Positions 9,738 through 19,245 of a stretch of 64,000 nt of DNA are shown here, in pieces. The position numbers were made by a program, and so were the translations under genes. Position 1 is the stretch's first letter. The number at the start of each line of letters is the position of its first letter. The notes beneath the pieces were generated by a model. The model saw only the letters and a list, made by a program, of their open reading frames with translations. It was not told the origin of the DNA and made no database searches. The DNA lies in the IMG/VR virus record IMGVR_UViG_3300037557_000128, positions 1 through 64,000 of that record. One strand, 5' to 3'. The DNA is from a virus.

Positions 9738-9887
9738 TTAACCACACAACCATACAAATAATAGAGTAAGGACTACTCCTTCTGCGAATGAAATCCACAT
9801 CATCCAATAATCGTCTAGTCTCAGAGCTTTTTGAAATCCAAAGATTTGAGTTTCATGCCATGAGCGGAACTTTTCTAGTATATTCAT
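9738..9887 (-). CDS. 49-aa membrane protein missing from the ORF track
   Basis: AGGAG Shine-Dalgarno; MNILEKFRSWHETQIFGFQKALRLDDYWMMWISFAEGVVLTLLFVWLCG. Confidence 0.7.
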   Translation of the reverse strand: MNILEKFRSWHETQIFGFQKALRLDDYWMMWISFAEGVVLTLLFVWLCG

Positions 9888-9895
9888 ATATTCTC

Positions 9896-11029
9896 CTAGT
9901 TTGTTTGTGTAATGGTAATATTTATAGACGAACCATCACCCACCACGATATGTGACTCTTTTTCGTCTGTTATAGTTCTAATATCTGCTTGTGCAAACAT
10001 GGGAATCCTGATTGAAATAATTCCATTCACTTCCCTGTATAACCATATTTGACCAAGACCCTTATCTATAATTGTATTATATTGAGAGTCTTTGTCGAAA
10101 CCTGCAGAAGTACCCGATAATCGAACACTTCCGAATTTTGCACGTTCTCTATCTATACCCACTTTTTTGTCAATGTCTAATACAATATCGAGTAAATCTT
10201 GTAAAAAATCAATGTCGAGTAAATCTCTATCTAGCTCTGTATATTCCAGCTCATCATCTTCAAAGTAGTCCGTTTCCAAATCATTGAACTCTAAGAAGTC
10301 TACATCTAGAATATTATTCGCATCATTTTCTCCACCACCTGATTCTTCTGAAACTTGGTCAGAAACCTCATCAGGTGGACTGACAATGAACATATTATCA
10401 ATCATTCCAATGTTTACACCATTAACCGTTACTGGTTTTGTTGGTGAATCATCATAAGTCGACACCATAGTTGCTTGGTATGCTTCATTCATAGTTACTG
10501 AACCACCTGCATTTGATACTATAATGATTCCTGAAGGTGAACCCCATTTATCTGGCAAAAGCATAACAAGTGAGCGTCCTAATTCATCAATACTTGTGGT
10601 GAAATCTGTGCCTCTGACTGCAATTGTGGCAGTAGGTGTCCTAATTTCAATATTTGCTTTTTTAATTTTTCCACCAAATCCCGAAGCAAATCGAGCGGTG
10701 CCTTGTGCCATTCTTAATGACATTTTTGATAGACTTGGGTCGGGGTCATAATAAACCTCGTCTATCCAAACTTTAGAATGTTCTGTTAATGAAAGTTCTT
10801 CTTCGCCTTCGAACTTTATTTTCATTCTCCCATTCTGAGTTTGTGCAGTATCGTACATTAATACATCAGGATTTTCTGATGCCAATAGGACGGTGTTATC
10901 ACCGTCTCTTGTAAGACCTGCGTAACCTTTTTCCTCAATGATTTCACCAATCGAGTCAGCATTAACCAACCCGACTGATAAAATACTAAGAATCGTTATC
11001 GTCTTTTTGAACGATGTCAATATTTCCAT
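9896..11029 (-). CDS. FecR-domain periplasmic protein with an acidic linker
   Basis: Signal peptide; D...TQNGRM.I.F, LTEHSKV, GTARF, IRTPTATIAVRGTDF. Confidence 0.88.
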   Translation of the reverse strand: MEILTSFKKTITILSILSVGLVNADSIGEIIEEKGYAGLTRDGDNTVLLASENPDVLMYDTAQTQNGRMKIKFEGEEELSLTEHSKVWIDEVYYDPDPSLSKMSLRMAQGTARFASGFGGKIKKANIEIRTPTATIAVRGTDFTTSIDELGRSLVMLLPDKWGSPSGIIIVSNAGGSVTMNEAYQATMVSTYDDSPTKPVTVNGVNIGMIDNMFIVSPPDEVSDQVSEESGGGENDANNILDVDFLEFNDLETDYFEDDELEYTELDRDLLDIDFLQDLLDIVLDIDKKVGIDRERAKFGSVRLSGTSAGFDKDSQYNTIIDKGLGQIWLYREVNGIISIRIPMFAQADIRTITDEKESHIVVGDGSSINITITQTN

Positions 11030-11720
11030 TAGTAGTCACGAAAGTTACGTCAATAATACCACTACAAGATTGACCACTTGGACAACCTGTATCTGAACCT
11101 GATTTCTGAATGATGTCTATATCATTTCCTGAACCAGTTAAGACTGCAGTAATACTATTATCGGTTGCATCTAATTGATTGGTGTTAATGTCGTTTGTTG
11201 AACCTGTAACAGTCCAGTTCCAAACAGCATTATCTGAGTTAACTTTAGTTGTAAATATATTACTTGAACCACCAACTACTAAATCGTAGTTTAAGTATTC
11301 AGCTGAAGCTGCGTCACCAATATCAATATTCCATGTATTAGAATCACCAGTAACAGCACTTAACATATTTAAACTGTCAGCACTATTTTGACCAATGTTC
11401 CAGTCCATTGAGTTTGAATTTCCAGTGAAGGTAAGGTTTATCGTTGCTGAGTCAGCAATCATAGGCCCAAATAATTTGTTAGTGTCTCCATATTGGATAA
11501 GTGTAAAATTATTCGATGCACCAGTCAAAACCATGTCTATGGAAGTGCCTGCGAAGTTATCGCCGCCAACTTTGTTTCCATAACCTTTCTGCGTGAAATT
11601 CAATACAAGTGCTGTACCTGATTGATTTAACCAAATTTCGTTATCGTCTGCTCCTGCGAATACTGTGGCAGGTAGTAGACCTAATGTTAACATAATGAGT
11701 GAAATAAATTTATTCTTCAT
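10986..11720 (-). CDS. secreted curlin-like beta-solenoid protein
   Basis: Signal peptide; DNEIWLNQSG; repeated (T/V)G.SN units about 23 aa apart. Confidence 0.75.
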   Translation of the reverse strand: MKNKFISLIMLTLGLLPATVFAGADDNEIWLNQSGTALVLNFTQKGYGNKVGGDNFAGTSIDMVLTGASNNFTLIQYGDTNKLFGPMIADSATINLTFTGNSNSMDWNIGQNSADSLNMLSAVTGDSNTWNIDIGDAASAEYLNYDLVVGGSSNIFTTKVNSDNAVWNWTVTGSTNDINTNQLDATDNSITAVLTGSGNDIDIIQKSGSDTGCPSGQSCSGIIDVTFVTTNGNIDIVQKDDNDS

Positions 11721-12642
11721 TTGTTTTTTCCTCTGTAACTAAGACGATTTCATTTTCATCTAAAAAGTCTGACACTTCCTCTTTTATTTTTGATTCAGTT
11801 ATCGGCCATTTTATTTTCCAAAATCCTCTTTCATCACCTTGATAGATTAATTCTAGGACGGCAAGTTCGATTGCAGAACGAGTCGCTTTCGTAACCCCTT
11901 CATTAGTTGCTACGCCATCCTCAATTTCCACTAATTTTGTGTCCATGTCCACAAAACGGAATACATCGTACCCACCACCAGTCGATAAAATAGTCTTGGT
12001 AGTTTGTACATTAAGTAAAATTTCACCAGTAAGTGTTGATATTCCTCTCAAACTTACCGTGACCACATCTCTTCTATATTGGCTTGAAGCACCGATACCT
12101 AAGTATCTTGCGCCTCGGCCACCCGATTCAATGTTAGTATCATAACCAACAATCCCACCGTCAAGTAGGATTCCTGCGAACAAGAGAGGTTGGATACCCG
12201 TAGGTGAATCCTCATTACCTTCTTGATTCGCAAAATCTTCTCTCGCAGAACGAACAATTTGCCTTTCTCTTACAAGTGCATCTAAACTTGTACGTTCTAC
12301 TACTCTAAACCATTTTCCTTGTCCTGCAGTTTTAAGTGCATCAATAAGAAATGATTCACCACCCTGTGTCACTGCAGTTGAGAAAGATGCAATTCCATCT
12401 TTGCTCTTACGTTGTCCTGTTTTATCTAGGAAACCGTAAACTGCAACAATAGGCATATTTTCTGCAGGTGGTAATTCCAACAATTCCATATGTGTAGGAA
12501 GTTTAACTGATTCTGCAGGTTCGATACAAGTTCCTATCTTGTTCATAATTGCAGTACTGCAAGTGTCATTGACACTTGGTACGCTTGCACACCCAGTCGT
12601 GAGCAAGACCACTATCAGTCCTACAAACCCTAACGTCTTCAT
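11710..12642 (-). CDS. csgG: curli secretion outer-membrane lipoprotein
   Basis: Lipobox LTTGC; VAVYGFLDKTGQRK, STAVTQG, WFRVVER..LD.L.RERQI, GGIVGYDTN. Confidence 0.95.
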   Translation of the reverse strand: MKTLGFVGLIVVLLTTGCASVPSVNDTCSTAIMNKIGTCIEPAESVKLPTHMELLELPPAENMPIVAVYGFLDKTGQRKSKDGIASFSTAVTQGGESFLIDALKTAGQGKWFRVVERTSLDALVRERQIVRSAREDFANQEGNEDSPTGIQPLLFAGILLDGGIVGYDTNIESGGRGARYLGIGASSQYRRDVVTVSLRGISTLTGEILLNVQTTKTILSTGGGYDVFRFVDMDTKLVEIEDGVATNEGVTKATRSAIELAVLELIYQGDERGFWKIKWPITESKIKEEVSDFLDENEIVLVTEEKTNEE

Positions 12643-13128
12643 TTAAAAACTACCAGTACCTACAGGTATATCTAATGTTGTTGTTGTTCCATCTGAAGAA
12701 ACTATGGTCAAACGAATAAATTCTACTCCGTCCTCTCCAACTAGTTTTTCATATGTAACCGTATTTCCTTCAATGGTGAACACTCCAAAATCAGAAGCTT
12801 CACCGTTAGAGAACATATTCTCTACTAACTGTTTTGCAATTTGGGCATAAATTCTACTCTCAACATTTCTTAAAAATTTTGCTAGCGTTGTATTCGAAGC
12901 TTCTCTTTCTGCCTTTGAGAGTGCATCTTTTACGTCTTGTTCAATTTTATCACGTCTTGATTTCTGTTGATTCTCGATTGTCAAATAATGCGAACTTTGT
13001 CCAACTCCACTGAAACTTGGACTCTTAAATTTATGCACTATTTCATCTGCTTCGACTTGCGATGCAAAAAATGTAATCAGTATTACCCAACTGACAAATA
13101 ATAATTCTCTATCTTTTTTTAGTTTCAT
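12643..13128 (-). CDS. csgF: curli assembly protein
   Basis: Signal peptide then EIVHKFKSPSFSG; C-terminal TTTLDIP; adjacent to csgG. Confidence 0.85.
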   Translation of the reverse strand: MKLKKDRELLFVSWVILITFFASQVEADEIVHKFKSPSFSGVGQSSHYLTIENQQKSRRDKIEQDVKDALSKAEREASNTTLAKFLRNVESRIYAQIAKQLVENMFSNGEASDFGVFTIEGNTVTYEKLVGEDGVEFIRLTIVSSDGTTTTLDIPVGTGSF

Positions 13129-13378
13129 TTCCGCCCTTCTTCTTATCATTCTCTTTCATTTCGAGGACTACGTTTACCTTTTGCTGTAAACGAATTAAAT
13201 CTTGGTCTAACATTCTCACTTGATCGATAAGTTTTATCAGTGCAAAATGTTGTTTCTCCACTTCGGGTTCGAGGTTTTCACCAACAAACCACCAAACATA
13301 ATATACAAAATAACCCAGTCCTACCATCATTACAATAGGGAACCCATAGTCGTTTATAAGTTGTGCCACTCCTTCCAT
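13109..13378 (-). CDS. small membrane protein, YvrJ/BhlA holin-like
   Basis: LINDYGFPIV, a hydrophobic helix, then a coiled coil. Confidence 0.55.
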   Translation of the reverse strand: MEGVAQLINDYGFPIVMMVGLGYFVYYVWWFVGENLEPEVEKQHFALIKLIDQVRMLDQDLIRLQQKVNVVLEMKENDKKKGGNETKKR

Positions 13379-13379
13379 A

Positions 13380-13676
13380 TTAATCTCTTCTTACATCTAG
13401 TGTTCCATCTTCTATGAAATTCTCGGCTCTTGCGACTCTATCGATGTCGGGTCTAAGTTCTAATGCACTAGATACTAGTAAATCTATCTTAATCATTTCG
13501 TTAGACATGGTTCTCGCACGATTTTCTAATGACGTACAGAACATTGTAAGTGTTTTAATGTCACCAACAACACCCTCTAGTATTTGCTTAATTACAGTAA
13601 ATATGAAAAACCCCATTACAAGACTACCTGCAATAGGAGCTCCCACTTCACTTATCAATCCGAATATTTCACTCAT
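13380..13676 (-). CDS. small membrane protein, paralog of 13109..13378
   Basis: LISEVGAPIA, a hydrophobic helix, then a coiled coil; start at 13676 follows a late promoter. Confidence 0.6.
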   Translation of the reverse strand: MSEIFGLISEVGAPIAGSLVMGFFIFTVIKQILEGVVGDIKTLTMFCTSLENRARTMSNEMIKIDLLVSSALELRPDIDRVARAENFIEDGTLDVRRD

Positions 13677-13710
13677 ACCACTATTTATCGAATTAACCCT
13701 TTCATATGAC

Positions 13711-13740
13711 AAAAAAAAGGGGTCTAAAAGACCCCTCTTA
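13711..13740 (-). terminator. Rho-independent terminator
   Basis: AGGGGTCT-TTT-AGACCCCT followed by a T run. Confidence 0.85.
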
Positions 13741-13760
13741 AGATTGTTTCCTCAAATCAA

Positions 13761-14039
13761 CTATTTGTGCGATGCAATAGCCTTAACAACTTCTGCTTTT
13801 GAACCACTTCGTTTTACTTTGATGTTGTTCTTGTCAGCGTGTTCCAGTAATTGAACCTTAGTGAGTTTTTTCAACTCAGTGACACTAGGTGTATTAGCCC
13901 TTTTTGATGGGCCCAACTCTCGTCTACTTTTAACCTTTGAAGGTTTTGTTTTCTTTACTGGTGCAGATTTTTCTTTATTCTCTGAGAATAAAGCATAAAC
14001 AACTGCTAATCCAACTAATGCAATTATAATATATTCCAT
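13761..14039 (-). CDS. membrane-anchored protein with a C-terminal SAP/Rho-N-like domain
   Basis: N-terminal hydrophobic helix; LKKLTKVQL...KAEVVKAI. Confidence 0.65.
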   Translation of the reverse strand: MEYIIIALVGLAVVYALFSENKEKSAPVKKTKPSKVKSRRELGPSKRANTPSVTELKKLTKVQLLEHADKNNIKVKRSGSKAEVVKAIASHK

Positions 14040-14064
14040 AATTTTCTCCGTATTTATTCTTTAT

Positions 14065-14238
14065 TTAGTCTTTCGCTTTTAATACATTTAAAGCACACCA
14101 GTCTATGACTTTGTAGCACTTTTTCACTATACCATCATCTATAGGTGTAGGCGTAATAGCTGCAATTAAAGATGCACCCATTACTATAAAAGGAATCACT
14201 TGTACCCATGCTATAACCCATTGTAGAAATTCTAACAT
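14065..14238 (-). CDS. 57-aa holin-like membrane protein missing from the ORF track
   Basis: AGGAG Shine-Dalgarno; MLEFLQWVIAWVQVIPFIVMGASLIAAITPTPIDDGIVKK..., with a TPTPxDD motif. Confidence 0.6.
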   Translation of the reverse strand: MLEFLQWVIAWVQVIPFIVMGASLIAAITPTPIDDGIVKKCYKVIDWCALNVLKAKD

Positions 14239-14272
14239 AAAATTCTCCTAGTTAAGTTATTTTCAGGAGTAT

Positions 14273-14695
14273 TTAGGTTTTATTGGTGCCGATAGTGTAT
14301 TTTGTAGTCAATTTCCACTCGGATTTATCTTTAAATGGAATGATTTTGATTTGCGATAAAGGTGCAACAGGTTCTTCGATTTTACTCTTATCGAGTACTG
14401 ATAGAAGCTTCCATTGTTCTAGAAGTGTCACGATAGTGTTTCTGCGACCTATGTCTCCTTCGTCTATGGATGTTGGTTTACCGTCTAGTTTGAATAATTC
14501 TTTGAAGTGTACGATATAGTACTTCCCACGTTTGTGTAGGATATGACATGACTGGAACAGTTCATTGTCTTTACGAGACGCTACACCAATTCTAGATAGT
14601 GTTTCTCTTATCTTTAGGAAATCGTCTTTTTCGGGGAAGGTAATTTCTACCAATTCCGATACTAAAGCCTCATTGTCAATCATTACTTTGTCCAC
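14273..14695 (-). CDS. regA: translational repressor RegA
   Basis: DDFLKIRETLSRIGVAS, QSCHILHKRGKYYIVHFKELF. Confidence 0.97.
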   Translation of the reverse strand: MDKVMIDNEALVSELVEITFPEKDDFLKIRETLSRIGVASRKDNELFQSCHILHKRGKYYIVHFKELFKLDGKPTSIDEGDIGRRNTIVTLLEQWKLLSVLDKSKIEEPVAPLSQIKIIPFKDKSEWKLTTKYTIGTNKT

Positions 14696-15068
14696 CAGTT
14701 TTCATTCTGTTTTTCAGTTCACGATACTGCTTATCTGTTAACACTTCCATATACTCTTTTGCTTTCAGTGTTGATATTTGATAATACTTTTTTATTGTAT
14801 CGAGTTTTTTACTAACATATGGTTTTTCCCATTTGGAAAACCTTTGTCTTCTTCTAAGTGTATTTAGTAAAAAGACGTATTGAAGACGGTTATCAAGGTG
14901 ATGCCGATTATTCAATTCGTTAATAAAGAAAACAGAATCTTGGTGGTAAGACAAAGATTTGTTTGCGAGGAATGGTTGATATGCTTTTTCTTCGACCTCA
15001 TCAACCATGAGGTCTTTTTTATCATAGGATACGGACTTGACAAAGTCAAATGGACTACGTTTAGTCAT
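14676..15068 (-). CDS. gp62: clamp loader small subunit
   Basis: PFDFV.S, Y.PFL.N.SLS, RFSKW; synteny. Confidence 0.93.
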   Translation of the reverse strand: MTKRSPFDFVKSVSYDKKDLMVDEVEEKAYQPFLANKSLSYHQDSVFFINELNNRHHLDNRLQYVFLLNTLRRRQRFSKWEKPYVSKKLDTIKKYYQISTLKAKEYMEVLTDKQYRELKNRMKTGGQSND

Positions 15069-15343
15069 TATGATTGGTGGCGTATAAATGAACGTACTAG
15101 TTCTTCACCAGTAAGTCGTTCACCAAAGGTGTGTATGTGTTTACCCTTTCGTGTTCTAACAACGAGACCACTATTGTATATAGTATCAGTCACAGCGCCC
15201 TTGCCCTTCTTGGTGTCTTGGGGTCTATTGTCATACCACATTGTATCAGTTGAATGAACATGGATTGAGGCAGAAGTTTTTGCCCACTCTTCTGCTTTTA
15301 ATAAGTCTCTTTGATATTGTACTCTATCGTCATATTGTGTCAT
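15068..15343 (-). CDS. hypothetical protein
   Basis: ORF translationally coupled between gp44 and gp62. Confidence 0.65.
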   Translation of the reverse strand: MTQYDDRVQYQRDLLKAEEWAKTSASIHVHSTDTMWYDNRPQDTKKGKGAVTDTIYNSGLVVRTRKGKHIHTFGERLTGEELVRSFIRHQS

Positions 15344-16281
15344 TTGAATTTACACTCCGACATTATTTCAGTCAAACAGGCGACAAAGTTAATTTCATCG
15401 TCCATAGAAAATGCAGCTTTATATTGATAGTCTGCAATAATCAAAACACACGCAGGAACTGAAGATGGTTCTAGTTCTGTTTCAAGTGCATTGAATAATT
15501 TTCTGAATAGTGTAGTAAAATCGTTATCAGAATTCTGACCGACCCACTTTCTCATACCTTTCCAGTTCTTTTCTCTAATCATATTTATGAGAGGTCTAAG
15601 TTTCTCTTCATTCAAAGAAGAAAGTAACCCCGAATCAATAACACCACTGACCCCATACCTTTGCATTTCATTTAGAACACGTCTAAAGTCGGGGAAGAAT
15701 CTCATAATCAATTCTGCAAGGACTGGTTCGTCTGCAGTTATGTTTTCTAGTTCACATATGTTTCTAGTTCTTGCCAACATTTGTTGTGCGAGAACAGGTT
15801 TCTCTGAGGGGTTGATTTTGAAATCAATTACAGTTGTTCTAGAGTGTAATGCAGGAATGATTCTATTCTTATAGTTACAAGTGAATATGAATCTACAATT
15901 AGAAGAGAACTCTTCTATGAATCCTCTCAATGCAGGTTGAACACTCTCTGCATTAATATAATCTGCCTCGTCAAGGATAACCACTTTCGGGCCACCACCC
16001 AACGACATAGTACTAGCAAAGTTTTTGATTTTGGTTCTGAGTGTATCAATCAATCGTCCTTCATCAGAACCGTTAATAATAATATAATCTGCACCAAGTT
16101 CATTACACAATGCTCTTGCGATTGTAGTTTTACCACAACCTGCTGACCCACTTAAAAGTAAATTAGGGATTTCACCCTGTTTTACAAATTCTTTAAATTG
16201 GTCTTTGAAACTTTTAGGTAATATAGTATCGTCAATTGTTTGTGGTCGATACTTTTCCACATATAAAAATTCTTCAGTCAT
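15340..16281 (-). CDS. gp44: clamp loader large subunit
   Basis: VEKYRP, GSAGCGKTT, ILDEAD, PDFRR. Confidence 0.97.
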   Translation of the reverse strand: MTEEFLYVEKYRPQTIDDTILPKSFKDQFKEFVKQGEIPNLLLSGSAGCGKTTIARALCNELGADYIIINGSDEGRLIDTLRTKIKNFASTMSLGGGPKVVILDEADYINAESVQPALRGFIEEFSSNCRFIFTCNYKNRIIPALHSRTTVIDFKINPSEKPVLAQQMLARTRNICELENITADEPVLAELIMRFFPDFRRVLNEMQRYGVSGVIDSGLLSSLNEEKLRPLINMIREKNWKGMRKWVGQNSDNDFTTLFRKLFNALETELEPSSVPACVLIIADYQYKAAFSMDDEINFVACLTEIMSECKFK

Positions 16282-16407
16282 TCATTCCGTCCATAATAAA
16301 AAGTCAAAAATCCCCACCTATTTTTGTGTGTGTATCGCCTGTGTAGAATGATGAGAAGGATACACTCCCATGACAAAGTCGAGATAGAACAATTGCCATT
16401 TCATTAT

Positions 16408-16415
16408 TATTTATA
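16408..16415 (-). promoter_or_regulatory. late promoter
   Basis: TATAAATA. Confidence 0.65.
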
Positions 16416-17081
16416 CTAGGAACCGTATTTTGAATCGGGTTCTAGTGCAATAAAATACTCTAAATCTATATCTGCATTTTTGAAGTGCGAGATACCTTTA
16501 GAGGATACTGATACATCATAATTACCAGTTAGTATTTTAAGATTTTCAATCTTAAAGTTCATAGAATACTTAGTTCCATCACCTTCACCCACTACTCGTG
16601 AGAAGGTATTAGAAGCTGCATTCTTTTTATCACTTACAGTTAGAGATACGGTTGTGCCGTCTGACTCTAACACTAGGTCATTCACACCTAGAACACTTGA
16701 CGCTTTTTGCAGGTCTCCCAACAATGTTGAGGTAACCTTAAAACTAATCTCTGCATCAGGCATTGTTATCATTTTATCGGGTGCAACAACCATTCCTTCA
16801 GATGCATAATAGTATGCAAGTTTAGAATTGTTATCTGCAATCGACAACGAGGATTCACCAAAGTCAAAATCGGGGTCTTCCATTAAGGAAGTTGCACCCA
16901 AGAATTCAGGCAAATTGTATATAGAAAAATTAGTTGGGAACGATTCACTTACAGTTGCTACTGCAAGAATATTTTTCATATTGGAAATCGTCTCTAACTT
17001 ATTTCCTTCTTTAACTCGGATTCCCGAATTAATTGTTGAGAAGTTCTTTAGAACATCTTTTGTATTATCACTTATTTTCAT
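16416..17081 (-). CDS. gp45: sliding clamp
   Basis: MKIS..T..VLKNFSTIN, YFIALE. Confidence 0.96.
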   Translation of the reverse strand: MKISDNTKDVLKNFSTINSGIRVKEGNKLETISNMKNILAVATVSESFPTNFSIYNLPEFLGATSLMEDPDFDFGESSLSIADNNSKLAYYYASEGMVVAPDKMITMPDAEISFKVTSTLLGDLQKASSVLGVNDLVLESDGTTVSLTVSDKKNAASNTFSRVVGEGDGTKYSMNFKIENLKILTGNYDVSVSSKGISHFKNADIDLEYFIALEPDSKYGS

Positions 17082-17085
17082 CACG

Positions 17086-17358
17086 TTAATTCTCCAAATC
17101 ATGAATATATAATTGTATGATAGCATAGTGTAAGACTTTCAATAAATCTTTTCTATTCTTACCACCCTTTTTTCCATATCGTTGTGCATATTTCAATACA
17201 TTTCCGAGACAGAATCCTTCACCATGACCAGCGTCGATGATAAATTCAGTTGCTTGATACTGGTTCAAACTATAATGTTGGTCATAGGTTGAGTCAATAT
17301 ACGATTGGAGCTCCTTAATTAGAGCTCCTTCGTTATATTTGTATTCAGTTTCAGACAT
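17086..17358 (-). CDS. DUF3310-like protein
   Basis: QHY, GFCLGNVLKYAQRYGKKGG..RKDLLK. Confidence 0.8.
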   Translation of the reverse strand: MSETEYKYNEGALIKELQSYIDSTYDQHYSLNQYQATEFIIDAGHGEGFCLGNVLKYAQRYGKKGGKNRKDLLKVLHYAIIQLYIHDLEN

Positions 17359-17359
17359 A

Positions 17360-18628
17360 CTATCCATTATACTCTTCAGACTCTGATTCGTCAATAGGGT
17401 TTTCAGTCACAGTATTTTCCTCAAGGTCTATACCGTCATCAACCTTAGTGTAGAGGTCAAGAATGGACGCTCTAGTCTCAGAATCGAATCTTGAAATGCA
17501 CATTTCAATGGACTTCATTTTATCACCAAACATTCTGAATGCATTCACAATGTGAACCAATCTTCTAGTGGTAACAACATCATCAATCGCACCTTCATAG
17601 TAGGATTTTCTGATTATATCTGCCCAGTCCACTAACTTCTCAACGAAGTCTGAGTCAACCGAACCAGTCAATTCCATTTCTTTCGAAAGAATTGATTTCT
17701 CAGTTTTCACTGGTGGATATTCTTGTTGCATTGTAATCGCAAATCTTTCCAACATGGCTTCGTTCATGATTTGAGTTCCTATGAACTTTCCATCGTCTGA
17801 ACCTTGACCTTTGGTATTTGCAGTCGCAAGGATTGTAAACCCAGCAGTAGGTGAAACCCACTCACCAGTTTTCTTGATTAAGTATCCTTTACCCTCAAGA
17901 ACTGATTGTAAACACATCAATTTGTTTGAACCCAAGTCAACCTCATCAAGAAGAAGGACAGCGCCTTTCCTCATTGCTTTGATAACTGGGCCTTCTCTAA
18001 ACATGATGTCGCCACCTTGTAAAGTGTGTCCACCCATTAAATCATCTTCATCAGTCTCAATGGTAATGTTCACTCTGAACAATTCTCTTTTTAATTGAGC
18101 ACAAACTTGTTCAACCATTAGGGTTTTACCGTTACCACTCAAACCAGTTACGAAAACTGGGAAAAAGATTTTGGATTTAATGATTCCTTTAACGTCTTTG
18201 AAATGTCCAAAAGGAACATAGTTTGACATTTTTTCAGGAATGATTTTCACATTATCCAGTATGTTAAAACTTGAAGTCTTAGCTGCGACTGGCATTTGTG
18301 CAGGATTATTCACTGCAGGAACAGGTGCAGGTGCAACTGGCGTTACAGGAACAATCGGAGTTACGTTTTGTGGTTCATAACCACCGTTGTAACCACTGAT
18401 TACTGCTTCAAGATTGAAGGTATTCGCACCAACTTTGAAATCATATCTAGATGATTTACACCAGTAAGGCATTCCACCAATTTTGTCAAAATCTTCCTTA
18501 GTGAAGGAAGTTTGATTGGGGAAAGCACCAGTAAGCGCCCCTAGAAATTCTTTTCTATCGGGCGTGAAATTGAAATCCTTGTCGCAAATGACAACGGACT
18601 CAGACCTATCATAACTTCTATCAGTCAT
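17360..18628 (-). CDS. cobS: CobS/MoxR-like AAA+ ATPase
   Basis: GLSGNGKT, LLLDEVD, ATANTKG, AMLERF. Confidence 0.9.
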   Translation of the reverse strand: MTDRSYDRSESVVICDKDFNFTPDRKEFLGALTGAFPNQTSFTKEDFDKIGGMPYWCKSSRYDFKVGANTFNLEAVISGYNGGYEPQNVTPIVPVTPVAPAPVPAVNNPAQMPVAAKTSSFNILDNVKIIPEKMSNYVPFGHFKDVKGIIKSKIFFPVFVTGLSGNGKTLMVEQVCAQLKRELFRVNITIETDEDDLMGGHTLQGGDIMFREGPVIKAMRKGAVLLLDEVDLGSNKLMCLQSVLEGKGYLIKKTGEWVSPTAGFTILATANTKGQGSDDGKFIGTQIMNEAMLERFAITMQQEYPPVKTEKSILSKEMELTGSVDSDFVEKLVDWADIIRKSYYEGAIDDVVTTRRLVHIVNAFRMFGDKMKSIEMCISRFDSETRASILDLYTKVDDGIDLEENTVTENPIDESESEEYNG

Positions 18629-18915
18629 TACGCTGCCTCCAACATTCCAAGAGGAACCGAATATCTTCCATTCGGAAGTTCGACAGTCGCCCTTTTGATT
18701 TTCACTTTGATAACAGTACCAAGTGTTTTCTTGGTTTTCTGTACCACATAAACCTTAGAACCAGCAACTATGGTAGATTTACCAAGTTCGGTTTTAAGGG
18801 AATTTACCAAAGAACTAACGGCATTCAATTCCGCTAGAGAACTGAGGGATTTCAGTTCTTTTGTCAATTTTGCATTTATCATATTATCTCCTAATTGCAA
18901 TTTATTTCTCATCAT
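18628..18915 (-). CDS. early hypothetical protein with an SH3-like C-terminus
   Basis: G.KV...GTVIKV..KRATV; has its own early promoter. Confidence 0.65.
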   Translation of the reverse strand: MMRNKLQLGDNMINAKLTKELKSLSSLAELNAVSSLVNSLKTELGKSTIVAGSKVYVVQKTKKTLGTVIKVKIKRATVELPNGRYSVPLGMLEAA

Positions 18916-18921
18916 GTTTAT

Positions 18922-18953
18922 AGCTTAACAAAAAAGTGTAGTCATTGTCAAGC
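18922..18953 (-). promoter_or_regulatory. early promoter, copy 1
   Basis: GCTTGACA-N18-TAAGCT with TG extension. Confidence 0.85.
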
Positions 18954-18954
18954 T

Positions 18955-19245
18955 TTATTTTATCGGTTGTAGTAAAATTTTGGTGGATTCAATAATAGGT
19001 TTGGGATAATTACCCTTCCTATTCTGAAACTTATGTCTTCCATAAACGTCTTCACCTTCATTAGTCCAAACTCTAAATGCCTTACATTCTACCATTTGTT
19101 CAGCACATATTTTCCTATTACTACATTCGAACTTTTCGCATGGTGACGGCCCAACGTCCGTGATTGCATCAGCAAATGCACTATAGTTTGGGTCATGGTT
19201 CTCGTAATACGCTTGGTCTACTCTTAATGGGTCTCTCGTTCTCAT
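18955..19245 (-). CDS. hypothetical Cys-cluster protein
   Basis: PCEKFEC...C.....C, possible metal-binding motif. Confidence 0.6.
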   Translation of the reverse strand: MRTRDPLRVDQAYYENHDPNYSAFADAITDVGPSPCEKFECSNRKICAEQMVECKAFRVWTNEGEDVYGRHKFQNRKGNYPKPIIESTKILLQPIK

